DNA from: a virus
Lineage: Duplodnaviria > Caudoviricetes
Strand: one strand, 5' to 3'
DNA: 60,088 bases
IMG/VR virus record: IMGVR_UViG_3300005758_000016
Span: 1-60,088 of that record
Under the pieces are notes generated by a model. That model was not told the origin of the DNA. It worked only from the letters and a program-made list of their open reading frames with translations, and made no database searches. Of the stretch, positions 49,903 through 58,373 are shown piece by piece. The translations under genes and the position numbers were made by a program. The stretch's first letter is position 1. Each line of letters opens with the position of its first letter.

Positions 49903-49965
49903 AATTTTACACTTGCGTTATTTGCCTGAATCAGTTTATAATATAGACTGATTTGGAGAAATAAT

Positions 49966-50295
49966 ATGAGCACATACACACCAGACACCTGGGTAGTACT
50001 AGAATTCGACGCTCCAGAACTGGACACACCAACACGCAAAGTTTTTGCTGGCTGGTACGGTGGATATGCCGGCTCGAATTCGTGGAAACTGAATAGTGGC
50101 ATTACCAACGTTCGCCAGGTAGACGGCTGGTGGGAGTTTGATGGGTACAGTGGCAGTGTGTACCGTTGCCACCCCGACAACTACCACATGAGTAGCCTAA
50201 TGCAAGGCGTGCTGTCGCGCTGGCTAAAAGACGCCGAGACTCGTGGTGATATAACAATCCGAATTTTGAGTCTTGACGAGATCGCCGAAAGTTGA
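49966..50295 (+). CDS. Conserved phage hypothetical protein
   Basis: PD.WV..W.GGY..SW.LNSGI..G.SGS.Y.C; RBS and promoter. Confidence 0.7.
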   Translation: MSTYTPDTWVVLEFDAPELDTPTRKVFAGWYGGYAGSNSWKLNSGITNVRQVDGWWEFDGYSGSVYRCHPDNYHMSSLMQGVLSRWLKDAETRGDITIRILSLDEIAES

Positions 50296-50322
50296 TATAA
50301 TATAGGCTGATTTGGAGAAAAC

Positions 50323-50520
50323 ATGGCAGGCTACACAAAACAGTTTTTAATTGACGCTTTTATGTCACGGTACGTTGCCTGCTCGCTGATTAGCATCGAA
50401 AAGCTGGAAGCATTGGAGCAAATGGCTAGTGACTTCTACGATCAAGTTGGCCGCGACAAGTTTCGCACTTATGCATCGCTAGATGCTGATGCCATTCGAC
50501 TCTACAAACAATCACAATAA
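50323..50520 (+). CDS. Hypothetical protein
   Basis: GGAG RBS; promoter TTGACG..TATAAT. Confidence 0.6.
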   Translation: MAGYTKQFLIDAFMSRYVACSLISIEKLEALEQMASDFYDQVGRDKFRTYASLDADAIRLYKQSQ

Positions 50521-50531
50521 GTCCCGCGACA

Positions 50532-50670
50532 CTTGTTGCCACAGTCCCTAGTGGTCAGCAGTGCACCAGCGCGCTGTATGTGTCCGGCACATACAGGTAA
50601 AACATACGAGTGATGGTGGACTACGTATGCGGACATCTAGACCTGAGGGCTGTCGCCCAACAGTAGCAAG
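50532..50670 (+). ncRNA. Candidate rod-like structured RNA
   Basis: Nested pairings CTTGTTGC/GTAGCAAG, ACAGTCC/GGGCTGT, GGTC/GACC; apical hairpin TGTATGTG/CACATACA. Confidence 0.45.
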
Positions 50671-50698
50671 ACTATATGATGACGCTTTAGGGAGCGTC

Positions 50699-50785
50699 CC
50701 CATATATTAGCACTATGACTAATAAGAAGGAAACCAACACAGTATTGTGTGGCTGGGCCTCACCTGCATAGTGCTAATATATGGG
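50699..50785 (+). ncRNA. Stem-closed inter-tRNA cassette
   Basis: Perfect 19-bp CCCATATATTAGCACTATG/CATAGTGCTAATATATGGG. Confidence 0.6.
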
Positions 50786-50967
50786 CCGGTAGCTTTAAGT
50801 GGTAAAAGCACTAATCCGGAATACCACATCGTACAGACAATACTGTGACTAGTTTAACCTCTACCGCAATTGGGGTCTCGGCATTGACGTCTGGGCTGAA
50901 TTCGAATATATGCTTACGCGATTGGTATAATTTATGGTTGCAGGTTCGAATCCTGCCTGGCCCACCA
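50783..50967 (+). ncRNA. tRNA-like RNA with ~110-nt insertion replacing the anticodon arm
   Basis: Acceptor GGGCCGG/CTGGCCC-A-CCA, D arm GCTT/AAGC, T arm GCAGG-TTCGAAT-CCTGC; 185 nt long. Confidence 0.8.
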
Positions 50968-51079
50968 TATATTAGCATAATTGACGGGTATGGCGGTAGA
51001 GAAGCTGTATTCGGTTATTTTGACGAATAGCGAAAGGTATAGCGTCAACTATACTGATATTGATTGTGCTAATATATGG
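50965..51079 (+). ncRNA. Stem-closed inter-tRNA cassette
   Basis: ~20-bp CCATATATTAGCATAATTGA/TTGATTGTGCTAATATATGG. Confidence 0.6.
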
Positions 51080-51159
51080 TTGCAACCAGGAATAAAGCCT
51101 GTCTTAGACAGTTACTCAAGGCTCTACCCCATCCGTTAAATGTGGTTAGGAGAGTAACA

Positions 51160-51288
51160 CCATATTTAAACACTCTCACCGTAGGTTCAAGTGACAGTCT
51201 GCTTGACTAGCAGGGCACACGGAACGGTACAGCTTAGTCAGCGTTACGGAGTATGAACTGGTAACACCAGTAGAGTGTTTAAATATGG
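51160..51288 (+). ncRNA. Stem-closed cassette
   Basis: Perfect 17-bp CCATATTTAAACACTCT/AGAGTGTTTAAATATGG. Confidence 0.6.
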
Positions 51289-51372
51289 TCTGAACTTGAC
51301 GGTGGGCGCGACCGCCGAATCCAGTAGCAATAGGTCAGTAACTACGGGCATGTTGCGACCCGCAGACCATAA

Positions 51373-51519
51373 CCCACAAGTAAGTAACCTCGATATACTA
51401 CACTGCCTAGACCTGTCGCTGCTTCACTGCCCTGAGGGAGTACGCTGAGTGCAAGGCCACTGAGTACAAGCCTGTAGAACCGGCAGATAACTACAGGATG
51501 GAGGTTACTTTCTTGTGGG
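51373..51519 (+). ncRNA. Stem-closed structured RNA
   Basis: CCCACAAG-T-AAGTAACCTC/GAGGTTACTT-T-CTTGTGGG. Confidence 0.55.
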
Positions 51520-51609
51520 CACTTCACTGATAAGGAAGACTGGTCGCCTGTATTCAAGCGGCTAGTGCCCACAACACTTTTACCCAACAACCAACGGTTG
51601 CCTGGGCTG

Positions 51610-51644
51610 GGCCAACACCTAACCGTGTTGGCCTTTTGTTTTTT
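51610..51644 (+). terminator. Intrinsic terminator
   Basis: GGCCAACAC/GTGTTGGCC followed by TTTTGTTTTTT. Confidence 0.8.
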
Positions 51645-51684
51645 GGGCTTGATCCTAAACCGCAAATGTTATATAATAGTGGCT

Positions 51685-52689
51685 ATGAATATGTTTAATC
51701 AATCCGTTAATCGCATCGGCTTTGCGTGCAAAATCAACGAGTCACACGACAAGGCCTGGCCGGGTCTTAATACCGGCACGACCACTATTACCTGGCTTAA
51801 CAACCAGCCTAAGCAAAAAGCTGAAGAACGGCTGTGGAGTATCATGCGTAAAAATACTGCTGCGGTGTTGGAACAAGTGCGTTGGCTTAGTAAACAGCCT
51901 CCACACCTACGTATGATGCGTATTAGCAGCGATTTGCTGCCAGCATACACCCACGACGACTGGGCCTACTTTTACTGGCAAAATGATGTGCTGGGTGAAC
52001 TAGAGTCCAGATTTGGCAAGATTGGTGCACTAGCTCGTGAACACGATGTGCGACTCTCATTCCACCCCGGCCAGTTCTGTGTGCTTGCTAGTGAAAATCC
52101 ACAGATTGTGGAAAACTCAATTATGGAGTTTGAGTATCACTGCGACCTGATTCGTTACATGGGTTACGGTCGGCAGTTTCAGGACTTTAAGTGCAACGTG
52201 CACATTGGCGGCAAGCGTGGCCCTGACGGTATCAAAGCCGCTATGCGTAAGCTCAGTCCCGAAGCACGTAACACTCTTACCATCGAAAACGCCGAATTTA
52301 CGTGGGGTCTGGACGCTAGTCTGGAACTAGTCGATACTTGTGCACTTGTGCTAGATATTCACCACCACTGGATTCACAGTGGAGAATATATCACACCGGA
52401 CGACCAACGCTTTAAGCGGGTATGCGATAGCTGGCGTGGTGTACGTCCGGTAATTCACTACAGCGTAAGCCGTGAAGACTGTTTAGTTGACCACGATCCT
52501 ACGGTGAAACCAGACTTGAAACAACTCAAGTCGCTAGGCTTTACCTCCGCCAAGCTGCGTGCTCACAGTGAATACTACTGGAATACCGCTTGTAATGAGT
52601 GGGCACTCAGCTTTGTTCCACATGCGGATATTATGTGTGAGAGCAAGCAAAAGAATTTGGCTAGTTTCAAGTTGGCCGAACAGCTGTAA
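51685..52689 (+). CDS. uvsE: UV damage endonuclease
   Basis: RIGFAC, RISSDLLP, RLSFHPGQF.VL.S, IEN, LDIHHH, HYS, RAHS, DIM.ESK.KN. Confidence 0.9.
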   Translation: MNMFNQSVNRIGFACKINESHDKAWPGLNTGTTTITWLNNQPKQKAEERLWSIMRKNTAAVLEQVRWLSKQPPHLRMMRISSDLLPAYTHDDWAYFYWQNDVLGELESRFGKIGALAREHDVRLSFHPGQFCVLASENPQIVENSIMEFEYHCDLIRYMGYGRQFQDFKCNVHIGGKRGPDGIKAAMRKLSPEARNTLTIENAEFTWGLDASLELVDTCALVLDIHHHWIHSGEYITPDDQRFKRVCDSWRGVRPVIHYSVSREDCLVDHDPTVKPDLKQLKSLGFTSAKLRAHSEYYWNTACNEWALSFVPHADIMCESKQKNLASFKLAEQL

Positions 52690-52753
52690 AAATTTAGCGT
52701 TGATGCCCCAGTGCTTGTCGTGTATAATAATACTTTATTGATTAGGAAAGACC

Positions 52754-52894
52754 ATGAGAGTTTTCACAAAAGTTAATGACAAGCTGGCTTGTTGGGATGT
52801 ACCGGGTTGTGACTACGAAACTGCTATTGGTCTAGTGCGCGATGAACTTGGTGTTGGTCATAAACCTGTTATCCTAGCACTTGTAAAATACTGA
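52754..52894 (+). CDS. 46-aa hypothetical protein
   Basis: AGGAAAG RBS; promoter TTGATG..TATAAT. Confidence 0.5.
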   Translation: MRVFTKVNDKLACWDVPGCDYETAIGLVRDELGVGHKPVILALVKY

Positions 52895-52998
52895 TGTTGA
52901 CGCACACTGCTTAACATAGTATAATAATGTTTCTGATCTTGCTTCCACCGACAGATCCTTATATCGGGGAGATTTCGCACTACTCTAAAAAGTGCTAT

Positions 52999-53077
52999 CC
53001 GAGTGTGGGAAAGTCTGGTTTAATCCGTCACTTTTGGGAAGTGAAGATCGAAGGTTCGAATCCTTCCACTCGGACCA
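52999..53077 (+). tRNA. tRNA-Pro(UGG)
   Basis: Cloverleaf, loop TTTGGGA, CCA. Confidence 0.9.
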
Positions 53078-53260
53078 TTTTAGATTGCTCGCTGCTCGAT
53101 TCCGATTCAGTTACGGAACCTTGCAGACCTGAGACACCTAACACCCGGGAAGGTTAGGTGGTATGGTTTGAGTTCTAGTATAGGTGGGCGTCATGAACCT
53201 GGTAAGCTAGAACCACAGGCTTAGCGGCCTGGGTAGTAAACAGCCAGCAATCTAAAATGG
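53075..53260 (+). ncRNA. Stem-closed inter-tRNA structured RNA
   Basis: CCATTTTAGATTGCT/AGCAATCTAAAATGG enclosing hairpins TTCCG/CGGAA, CACCTAAC/GTTAGGTG, GTTCTAG/CTAGAAC, CAGGC/GCCTG. Confidence 0.65.
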
Positions 53261-53341
53261 GCGTGTGGTGTAATTGGTAGCCACGCTGGTCTTAGAAGCC
53301 AGTGCGCAAGCGTGTGAGTTCGAGTCTCACCATGCCCACCA
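53259..53341 (+). tRNA. tRNA-Leu(UAG)
   Basis: Cloverleaf with variable arm, loop CTTAGAA. Confidence 0.92.
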
Positions 53342-53345
53342 ATTC

Positions 53346-53419
53346 GGGGATGTAGTTAAATGGGATAACACTAGCTTTGCAAGCTTGGGTTGAGAGTTCG
53401 ATTCTCTCCTTCTCCACCA
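53346..53419 (+). tRNA. tRNA-Ala(UGC)
   Basis: G3:U70 pair, loop TTTGCAA. Confidence 0.92.
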
Positions 53420-53429
53420 AAGGATTTAT

Positions 53430-53552
53430 ATGAAAACACGAAAACCACGGAACCACGTTGCTCTAGCGTTAATGAAACGCGGTGGCGCTGGTTCACATAA
53501 GAAAACCCACAAGCAGCTTCGTGGACCCTGGAAGCGCAATCTGGATCGGTAA
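53430..53552 (+). CDS. 40-aa basic peptide
   Basis: AAGGA RBS; MKTRKPRNHVALALMKRGGAGSHKKTHKQLRGPWKRNLDR. Confidence 0.55.
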   Translation: MKTRKPRNHVALALMKRGGAGSHKKTHKQLRGPWKRNLDR

Positions 53553-53617
53553 CTCAATGGTAGAGTACCCGGCTTTTAACCGGTAAGTTGTGAGTTCGAG
53601 TCTCACCCGTTCCACCA
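53543..53617 (+). tRNA. tRNA-Lys(UUU)
   Basis: Cloverleaf, loop CTTTTAA. Confidence 0.9.
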
Positions 53618-53651
53618 TATAAAAGTACATTTTAACAGTGTATTTCTATAT

Positions 53652-53739
53652 GGAACATTGGCCGAGCGGTTAAGGCAAGGGATTGCTAATCCCTCATCCA
53701 GTAATGGGTGGATAGGTTCGACTCCTATATGTTCCGCCA
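53652..53739 (+). tRNA. tRNA-Ser(GCU)
   Basis: Long variable arm, loop TTGCTAA, G73. Confidence 0.92.
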
Positions 53740-53745
53740 AATAAT

Positions 53746-53822
53746 GCAGGGAATAGTGTCAGTGGCAAGCACACTTGTCTGTGAAACAAGAAGTTAGGGA
53801 TCGAAACCCGTTCACCTGCCCA
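53746..53822 (+). tRNA. tRNA-His(GUG)
   Basis: G-1:C73, loop CTGTGAA; irregular acceptor and T arm. Confidence 0.8.
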
Positions 53823-53883
53823 AAAGTATACTTGTTTTTCGAATACTCATATGCTATAATATAGTAAAGTGAGGATTCGAAAA

Positions 53884-54513
53884 ATGATAGTTTTTGCAAA
53901 ACAAATATGTATAAAGTTAGGTATAGAACCTTCCATACAACTAAAGAAGCCTATTAGAGGTTTACCTGGGTTTACTTCTGTACAATTAATAGAAGCATTA
54001 ATATCTACAGACTCTATTAAGGAAGCAGCTGAGTTTCTAGACTATAGCGAAGGGCCTGTAAAAACATCAATTAGGTCACTTTTACAACCTCACTTTCCAG
54101 ATAGGAAATCCAAGTTTGGTACAGGATTTGTTGCTAGATCTTGGAAGTATACACTATTATCAGAAATTGGTTATAAACAATGTACTTGCTGTAATAAAGT
54201 CTTACCAGTAGAAGATTTTAAAGCAAGAGCTAAAAATACTGATAACCTAGGCGAAGCGTGTAGAAACTGTATTAAAGCTAAAAAATCTTTGGAGAGGCAT
54301 TATATTCAAGAAAGGACACCAGAGTGGTCTGATCTTGAGCTTATCTCCAAATTCTACAGTAATTGTCCCAAAGGTTATCATGTAGACCATATAATACCAT
54401 TACGTGGTGTTTTGATTAGTGGACTCCACGTTATAGAGAATTTACAGTATTTACCAGCAATGGAAAATATTGCTAAGAATAATGCTTTCAATATTGAAAT
54501 ATTTAATACCTAG
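53884..54513 (+). CDS. HNH endonuclease
   Basis: CxxC..CxxC; HVDHIIPL..GLHV..NLQYL..N. Confidence 0.85.
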   Translation: MIVFAKQICIKLGIEPSIQLKKPIRGLPGFTSVQLIEALISTDSIKEAAEFLDYSEGPVKTSIRSLLQPHFPDRKSKFGTGFVARSWKYTLLSEIGYKQCTCCNKVLPVEDFKARAKNTDNLGEACRNCIKAKKSLERHYIQERTPEWSDLELISKFYSNCPKGYHVDHIIPLRGVLISGLHVIENLQYLPAMENIAKNNAFNIEIFNT

Positions 54514-54519
54514 GTTTAT

Positions 54520-54738
54520 ATGTCTGACCCTAAGCTGCAGGAATTGCTAGACAAAGAAGCTAATCTTGCAAATCGTCGTGAATTAGTTCACAAGCAGATC
54601 AAAGCGGCGCGTGGTACTACACCGCCACTGTGCTGGGGACTAGACGATTGCAGTACACAAATCATGAGTACGTGCCCTTGGCGCATTGATTGCGACGGCT
54701 ATGAGGCTGTACACTGGCAAGAAAAACGTCCTTGGTAA
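54520..54738 (+). CDS. Hypothetical protein
   Basis: ORF with CWG.DDCS..CPWR.DC. Confidence 0.55.
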   Translation: MSDPKLQELLDKEANLANRRELVHKQIKAARGTTPPLCWGLDDCSTQIMSTCPWRIDCDGYEAVHWQEKRPW

Positions 54739-54742
54739 TCTC

Positions 54743-54818
54743 GCCGCGGTAGCTCATCAGGTAGAGCAGCAGACTGAAAATCTGTGTGTGGCTGGTTCGA
54801 GTCCAGCTCGTGGCACCA
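54743..54818 (+). tRNA. tRNA-Phe(GAA)
   Basis: Cloverleaf, loop CTGAAAA. Confidence 0.92.
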
Positions 54819-54842
54819 CCTATAACATAAAAGAACTATAAT

Positions 54843-55064
54843 ATGCCCTGTTATAAATGCAGCAACGGTAAGTACCGTTACGGTAATCGTGGTCGTTGTC
54901 AGTTTGACACACTCCAAGCCTGCCGAGCAGCAGAAGCTGCCATCCACGCACGTAAACCCAAAAAAGACATGACAGACAGCAACAGCACTACTAAAGGTGA
55001 CTGTGGTAGCTGTGGTGGTTGCCAACATTGCGACTGCCGTGATGACTGTAAGAACAAAAGCTGA
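54843..55064 (+). CDS. Small Cys-rich basic protein
   Basis: MP..KC..GKY..G..G motif; metallothionein-like Cys tail. Confidence 0.55.
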   Translation: MPCYKCSNGKYRYGNRGRCQFDTLQACRAAEAAIHARKPKKDMTDSNSTTKGDCGSCGGCQHCDCRDDCKNKS

Positions 55065-55134
55065 CGTAGCTCAAAGGCAGAGCAGGGTCTTGATAAGGCC
55101 CAGGTTGAGATCTCGGAATTCTCCGTCAGTACCA
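55060..55134 (+). tRNA. tRNA-Ile(GAU), atypical T loop
   Basis: Loop TTGATAA; T loop CTCGGAA. Confidence 0.8.
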
Positions 55135-55241
55135 AATCCGCCTTCTCCCGAGGTACGGTAAGTCCAGGACACGCGGACTCAAAAACGAAGTGGGAGCCAG
55201 TGGAAGCCTGGCACCCCTACACACAACACACAGGAGGTCAC

Positions 55242-55499
55242 ATGACCAATAAAGAATATCTTAAAAGCGAACGCAATCCGTTCGAAATTCGCACCCGTAT
55301 GCTAGAATTGGCTCAAGAATACTTGGAGTCACAGTACGAGGCCAACATGGAGTTTGCTCGTCAGGCCTGGCTAGAAGCCATGAAGATCGGAGCAGCTAGT
55401 CTAAAAGATTGGGAGCAGTTTGCTCCACAAAAGTACGACTTTGCAGAAATCACAAAGAAAGCACAGGAGCTGTACGGTTTTGTACAGAACAAAGCGTGA
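55242..55499 (+). CDS. Conserved phage hypothetical protein
   Basis: AGGAGG RBS; NPFEIR..ML..A..Y..A.ELY.FV. Confidence 0.7.
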   Translation: MTNKEYLKSERNPFEIRTRMLELAQEYLESQYEANMEFARQAWLEAMKIGAASLKDWEQFAPQKYDFAEITKKAQELYGFVQNKA

Positions 55500-55675
55500 G
55501 CGCACTACAAGGCGTGTTGCGAGTGCTAAAGGCGGCATTCAGCGACACAGACGACTTGGAGTCGTGGCTACGTGATCGTAATCCACAAAACGAAGCAGAG
55601 CTAAACTACTGGATTGACCAGTACGAGCGTTATCAGCGCAACAAGCAAAGTTTTGGTAACGACAACATGATTTAA
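55496..55675 (+). CDS. DUF3563-like small protein
   Basis: GTGA coupling; LE.WL..RNPQ..AEL.YW..QY. Confidence 0.5.
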   Translation: MSALQGVLRVLKAAFSDTDDLESWLRDRNPQNEAELNYWIDQYERYQRNKQSFGNDNMI

Positions 55676-55746
55676 CGCGGTGAGTCAGGGTAGAGGCAAG
55701 TCTCATAAGCTCCGCCTAGTTGGTTCGAGTCCAACCACCGCAACCA
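55676..55746 (+). tRNA. tRNA-fMet(CAU)-like, degenerate
   Basis: C1:A72 mismatch, loop CTCATAA, good T arm; reduced D arm and weak anticodon stem. Confidence 0.65.
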
Positions 55747-55747
55747 C

Positions 55748-55822
55748 GGTTTTGTAGCACAGTGGTAGTGCAGCGTCTTCATACGGCGTTGGTCGTTAGT
55801 TCGAATCTAGCCAAAACCACCA
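55748..55822 (+). tRNA. tRNA-Met/Ile2(CAU)
   Basis: Cloverleaf, loop TTCATAC. Confidence 0.85.
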
Positions 55823-55952
55823 ACAAAAATTTAAACTTGTTATGCGGTGCAAAACACTGTATAATTATTGTTTTCAGTGAGAGAGTTATGCAATCGCATA
55901 CTATGATTTAGAAATTTGCATTTGCTCTCTCCCTGTTTTCCATGTATAATAC

Positions 55953-56136
55953 ATACTTAAATTAAACATTCTGACCATAGCGACAGAAGCCAGTTACTTC
56001 ATAACTTAACGTACTATGATGTAACGACTTTACCGCCGAATTGGTCGCGGCAGTGGTTTAGGCGTACAACCACTCTAATCCAAAGACACCAGAACTGTTT
56101 TCGAACATTCTTGGTCAGTGTGTTTAATTTAGGTAT
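55953..56136 (+). ncRNA. Y RNA-like (Yrl-like) RNA 1
   Basis: ~25-bp terminal stem; inner GAAGCCAGTTACTTC...AACTGTTTTCGA; promoter TTGCTC-17 nt-TATAAT at 55922-55950; upstream of Ro60. Confidence 0.65.
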
Positions 56137-56210
56137 AGTGACGAAAAGGGTAGCTCCCCTGCCACTGCTGATCCAGTGGCTAGTCCAATTTTCTCGATCA
56201 GGAGGTTCCA

Positions 56211-56915
56211 ATGAATATTGGAATTTATGCTCTATATTGGTGGGAGCAAGACATAGTGTATGTCGGAAAAAGCAAAGATTTAAATCTTCGTAAGTACGAA
56301 CATTTAAGACTAATGCAAACTGGAAAGCATACAAAAAAGGTACAAAGTGCTTTTGACTTGTACGGGTTACCAGATTTCATCACAGTACAGCTTTGTGATA
56401 TTGCACAATTAGATGAATTAGAAGTATTTTGGATACAAGAACTAGATGCTTTGGGTTTATCTGGATTAAATAAATGTCCAGGAGGGCAAGATGTTGGTAG
56501 AGATACAACGCACTCAGCCTCCAAGTTTTCTCACCACCAAATACTACAGGTAGTAGACTTATTAATACAAGGTGTACAATACAAAGATATTGTAGATATT
56601 ACCGGAGTATCTAAACCAGTAGTAAGTACCATACTAAATCAATCAAAACACACTTGGATACCAGCAGAGCTAAAAACTGCACTAGATATAGAAAAGTCTA
56701 GAAGAATGTTGTTACCTGCACTGGATAGTTCTACTAAAAACTACTTTATAAAGAGTCCTAATGGTCGTATCTATAAAGTAGATAATATATCCGAATTTGC
56801 CAGAAATCATAACCTTTTGGGCACAAAACTAAACGAAGTTTTGAGAGAAAAACGTAACCAACATTGTGGCTGGACACGGCCTACTGAAAAGGATTTGCTA
56901 AATGTCGTCAATTAA
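56211..56915 (+). CDS. GIY-YIG endonuclease
   Basis: GIY..YVGKS..R..H..E..N; C-terminal DNA-binding-like region. Confidence 0.8.
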   Translation: MNIGIYALYWWEQDIVYVGKSKDLNLRKYEHLRLMQTGKHTKKVQSAFDLYGLPDFITVQLCDIAQLDELEVFWIQELDALGLSGLNKCPGGQDVGRDTTHSASKFSHHQILQVVDLLIQGVQYKDIVDITGVSKPVVSTILNQSKHTWIPAELKTALDIEKSRRMLLPALDSSTKNYFIKSPNGRIYKVDNISEFARNHNLLGTKLNEVLREKRNQHCGWTRPTEKDLLNVVN

Positions 56916-58212
56916 TCGTAAAAATAAATTTGCTGCCGCTAATAGCGTGGGAACACAAGTACCAAGTATTAGTGCAGAAAATCAATTGCGTAGGGTGACG
57001 TTAGCATCAATGTTATACGAAAACCAGTTCTACCTAGACGGTAAGTCCCACGCAGAATTGGTGCGAGATCTTGTAGCCCGAGTTAGCCCAGAAAAGGTTG
57101 CCGACTTGGCTGAAGTGGCGCGAAGCAAATTTAAGCTGCGTCATATTCCTCTGCTGCTTGCCCGTGAACTGGCTCGCAGTGGTCGCCTACAAGCACAAAC
57201 GCTGACTAATATCATTCAGCGTCCGGACGAAATGTCCGAGTTCCTGTCAATCTACTGGCAGGAAGGCAAAACTGCTGTGTCTAACCAAATCAAAAAAGGT
57301 TTGGCGGCTTGTTTCCACAAGTTTAACGAGTACCAGCTTGCCAAGTGGAACAAGAACCGTGCCGCGATTAAGCTACGCGACGTGATGTTCTTGACCCACC
57401 CTAAACCGCAGAGTGCTCAACAAGCTGAACTTTTCAAGCGAATTGCTAGTGATACGCTTGAAACCCCAGATACCTGGGAGGTGCAACTGAGCGCAGGCGC
57501 AGACAAGTGTGAAACATTCACACGACTTATCCAAGAAAACAAACTTGGTGCTCTAGCTTTCTTGCGTAACTTGCGTAACATGACACAGAGTGGCGTAGCG
57601 GAGTCCCTTATCCGTAGTTACGGCTCCAACGTAGATGTGTCACGAGTACTGCCGTTTCGCTTTATTGCGGCGGCACGCATTGTTCCTCAATACGAGGATA
57701 TGTTGGAACAAATGATGTTCCGAGCACTTGCCACAGTACCTAAACTGCCTGGCAAGACTGTGTTAGTTATCGACGTGAGTGGCTCCATGTTTGGTACTAA
57801 CATCAGTGCAAAAAGTGACCTAGACCGCTTTGACGCGGCCGCAGCACTGGCAATTCTTTGCCGTGAAATCTGCGAGACTGTAGAAATCTACTCGTTTAGC
57901 TACGATGCCGTACGAGTCGCACCTCGTCGTGGATTTGCGCTGGTAGAAGCAATTAGTGCTTCGCAGCCTCACGGAGGCACACAGCTAGGCACAGCAATGC
58001 GTACAATTGACTCACAAACTGCTTACGATCGTGTAATCGTATTTACCGACGAGCAAAGCTATGACCGCCCACAATCGCCGCGCGGCAAGGGTTATCTGGT
58101 GAACGTGGCCAGCTACCAACACGGCGTGAATCATAGTGCTTGGCATGAGATCAATGGCTTTAGTGAAGCCATCATTGACTACATTCAAGCGTTTGAGGAG
58201 TCAAACCAGTAA
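56902..58212 (+). CDS. Ro60/Rsr TROVE-vWA RNA-binding protein
   Basis: E..FY, RPDE, KF.EYQLAK, TWE..LS, LRNLRN, LPFRF, DVSGSM (MIDAS), TDEQ. Confidence 0.92.
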   Translation: MSSINRKNKFAAANSVGTQVPSISAENQLRRVTLASMLYENQFYLDGKSHAELVRDLVARVSPEKVADLAEVARSKFKLRHIPLLLARELARSGRLQAQTLTNIIQRPDEMSEFLSIYWQEGKTAVSNQIKKGLAACFHKFNEYQLAKWNKNRAAIKLRDVMFLTHPKPQSAQQAELFKRIASDTLETPDTWEVQLSAGADKCETFTRLIQENKLGALAFLRNLRNMTQSGVAESLIRSYGSNVDVSRVLPFRFIAAARIVPQYEDMLEQMMFRALATVPKLPGKTVLVIDVSGSMFGTNISAKSDLDRFDAAAALAILCREICETVEIYSFSYDAVRVAPRRGFALVEAISASQPHGGTQLGTAMRTIDSQTAYDRVIVFTDEQSYDRPQSPRGKGYLVNVASYQHGVNHSAWHEINGFSEAIIDYIQAFEESNQ

Positions 58213-58272
58213 TGGTCTAAATCCACACTAACAACCGTAGCCAGTCGGTGTTTCGCAGTGGTGCTCTAAGCT

Positions 58273-58373
58273 AAGGGCTTAGATTTGTATATGGTGATAG
58301 AAACGGTTACTTCTTCAATTGAGCTGAAACCAACGTTCCGTTTCGATTTGTTCCTATACAAATCTAAGCCCTT
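58273..58373 (+). ncRNA. Y RNA-like RNA 2
   Basis: 19-bp stem AAGGGCTTAGATTTGTATA/TATACAAATCTAAGCCCTT; inner GAAACGG-TTACTTC...CCGTTTCGA. Confidence 0.7.

Noticed and set aside
50783-50967. tmRNA or group I intron-containing tRNA
   Set aside because: No G3:U70, a full D arm is present, and the insert is too short and lacks a recognisable P7 core or tag ORF
50845-51665. ORF-track entries over the ncRNA region and the long upstream extension of uvsE
   Set aside because: They cross tRNA-like structures, a terminator and a promoter; the likely uvsE start is 51685 or 51691
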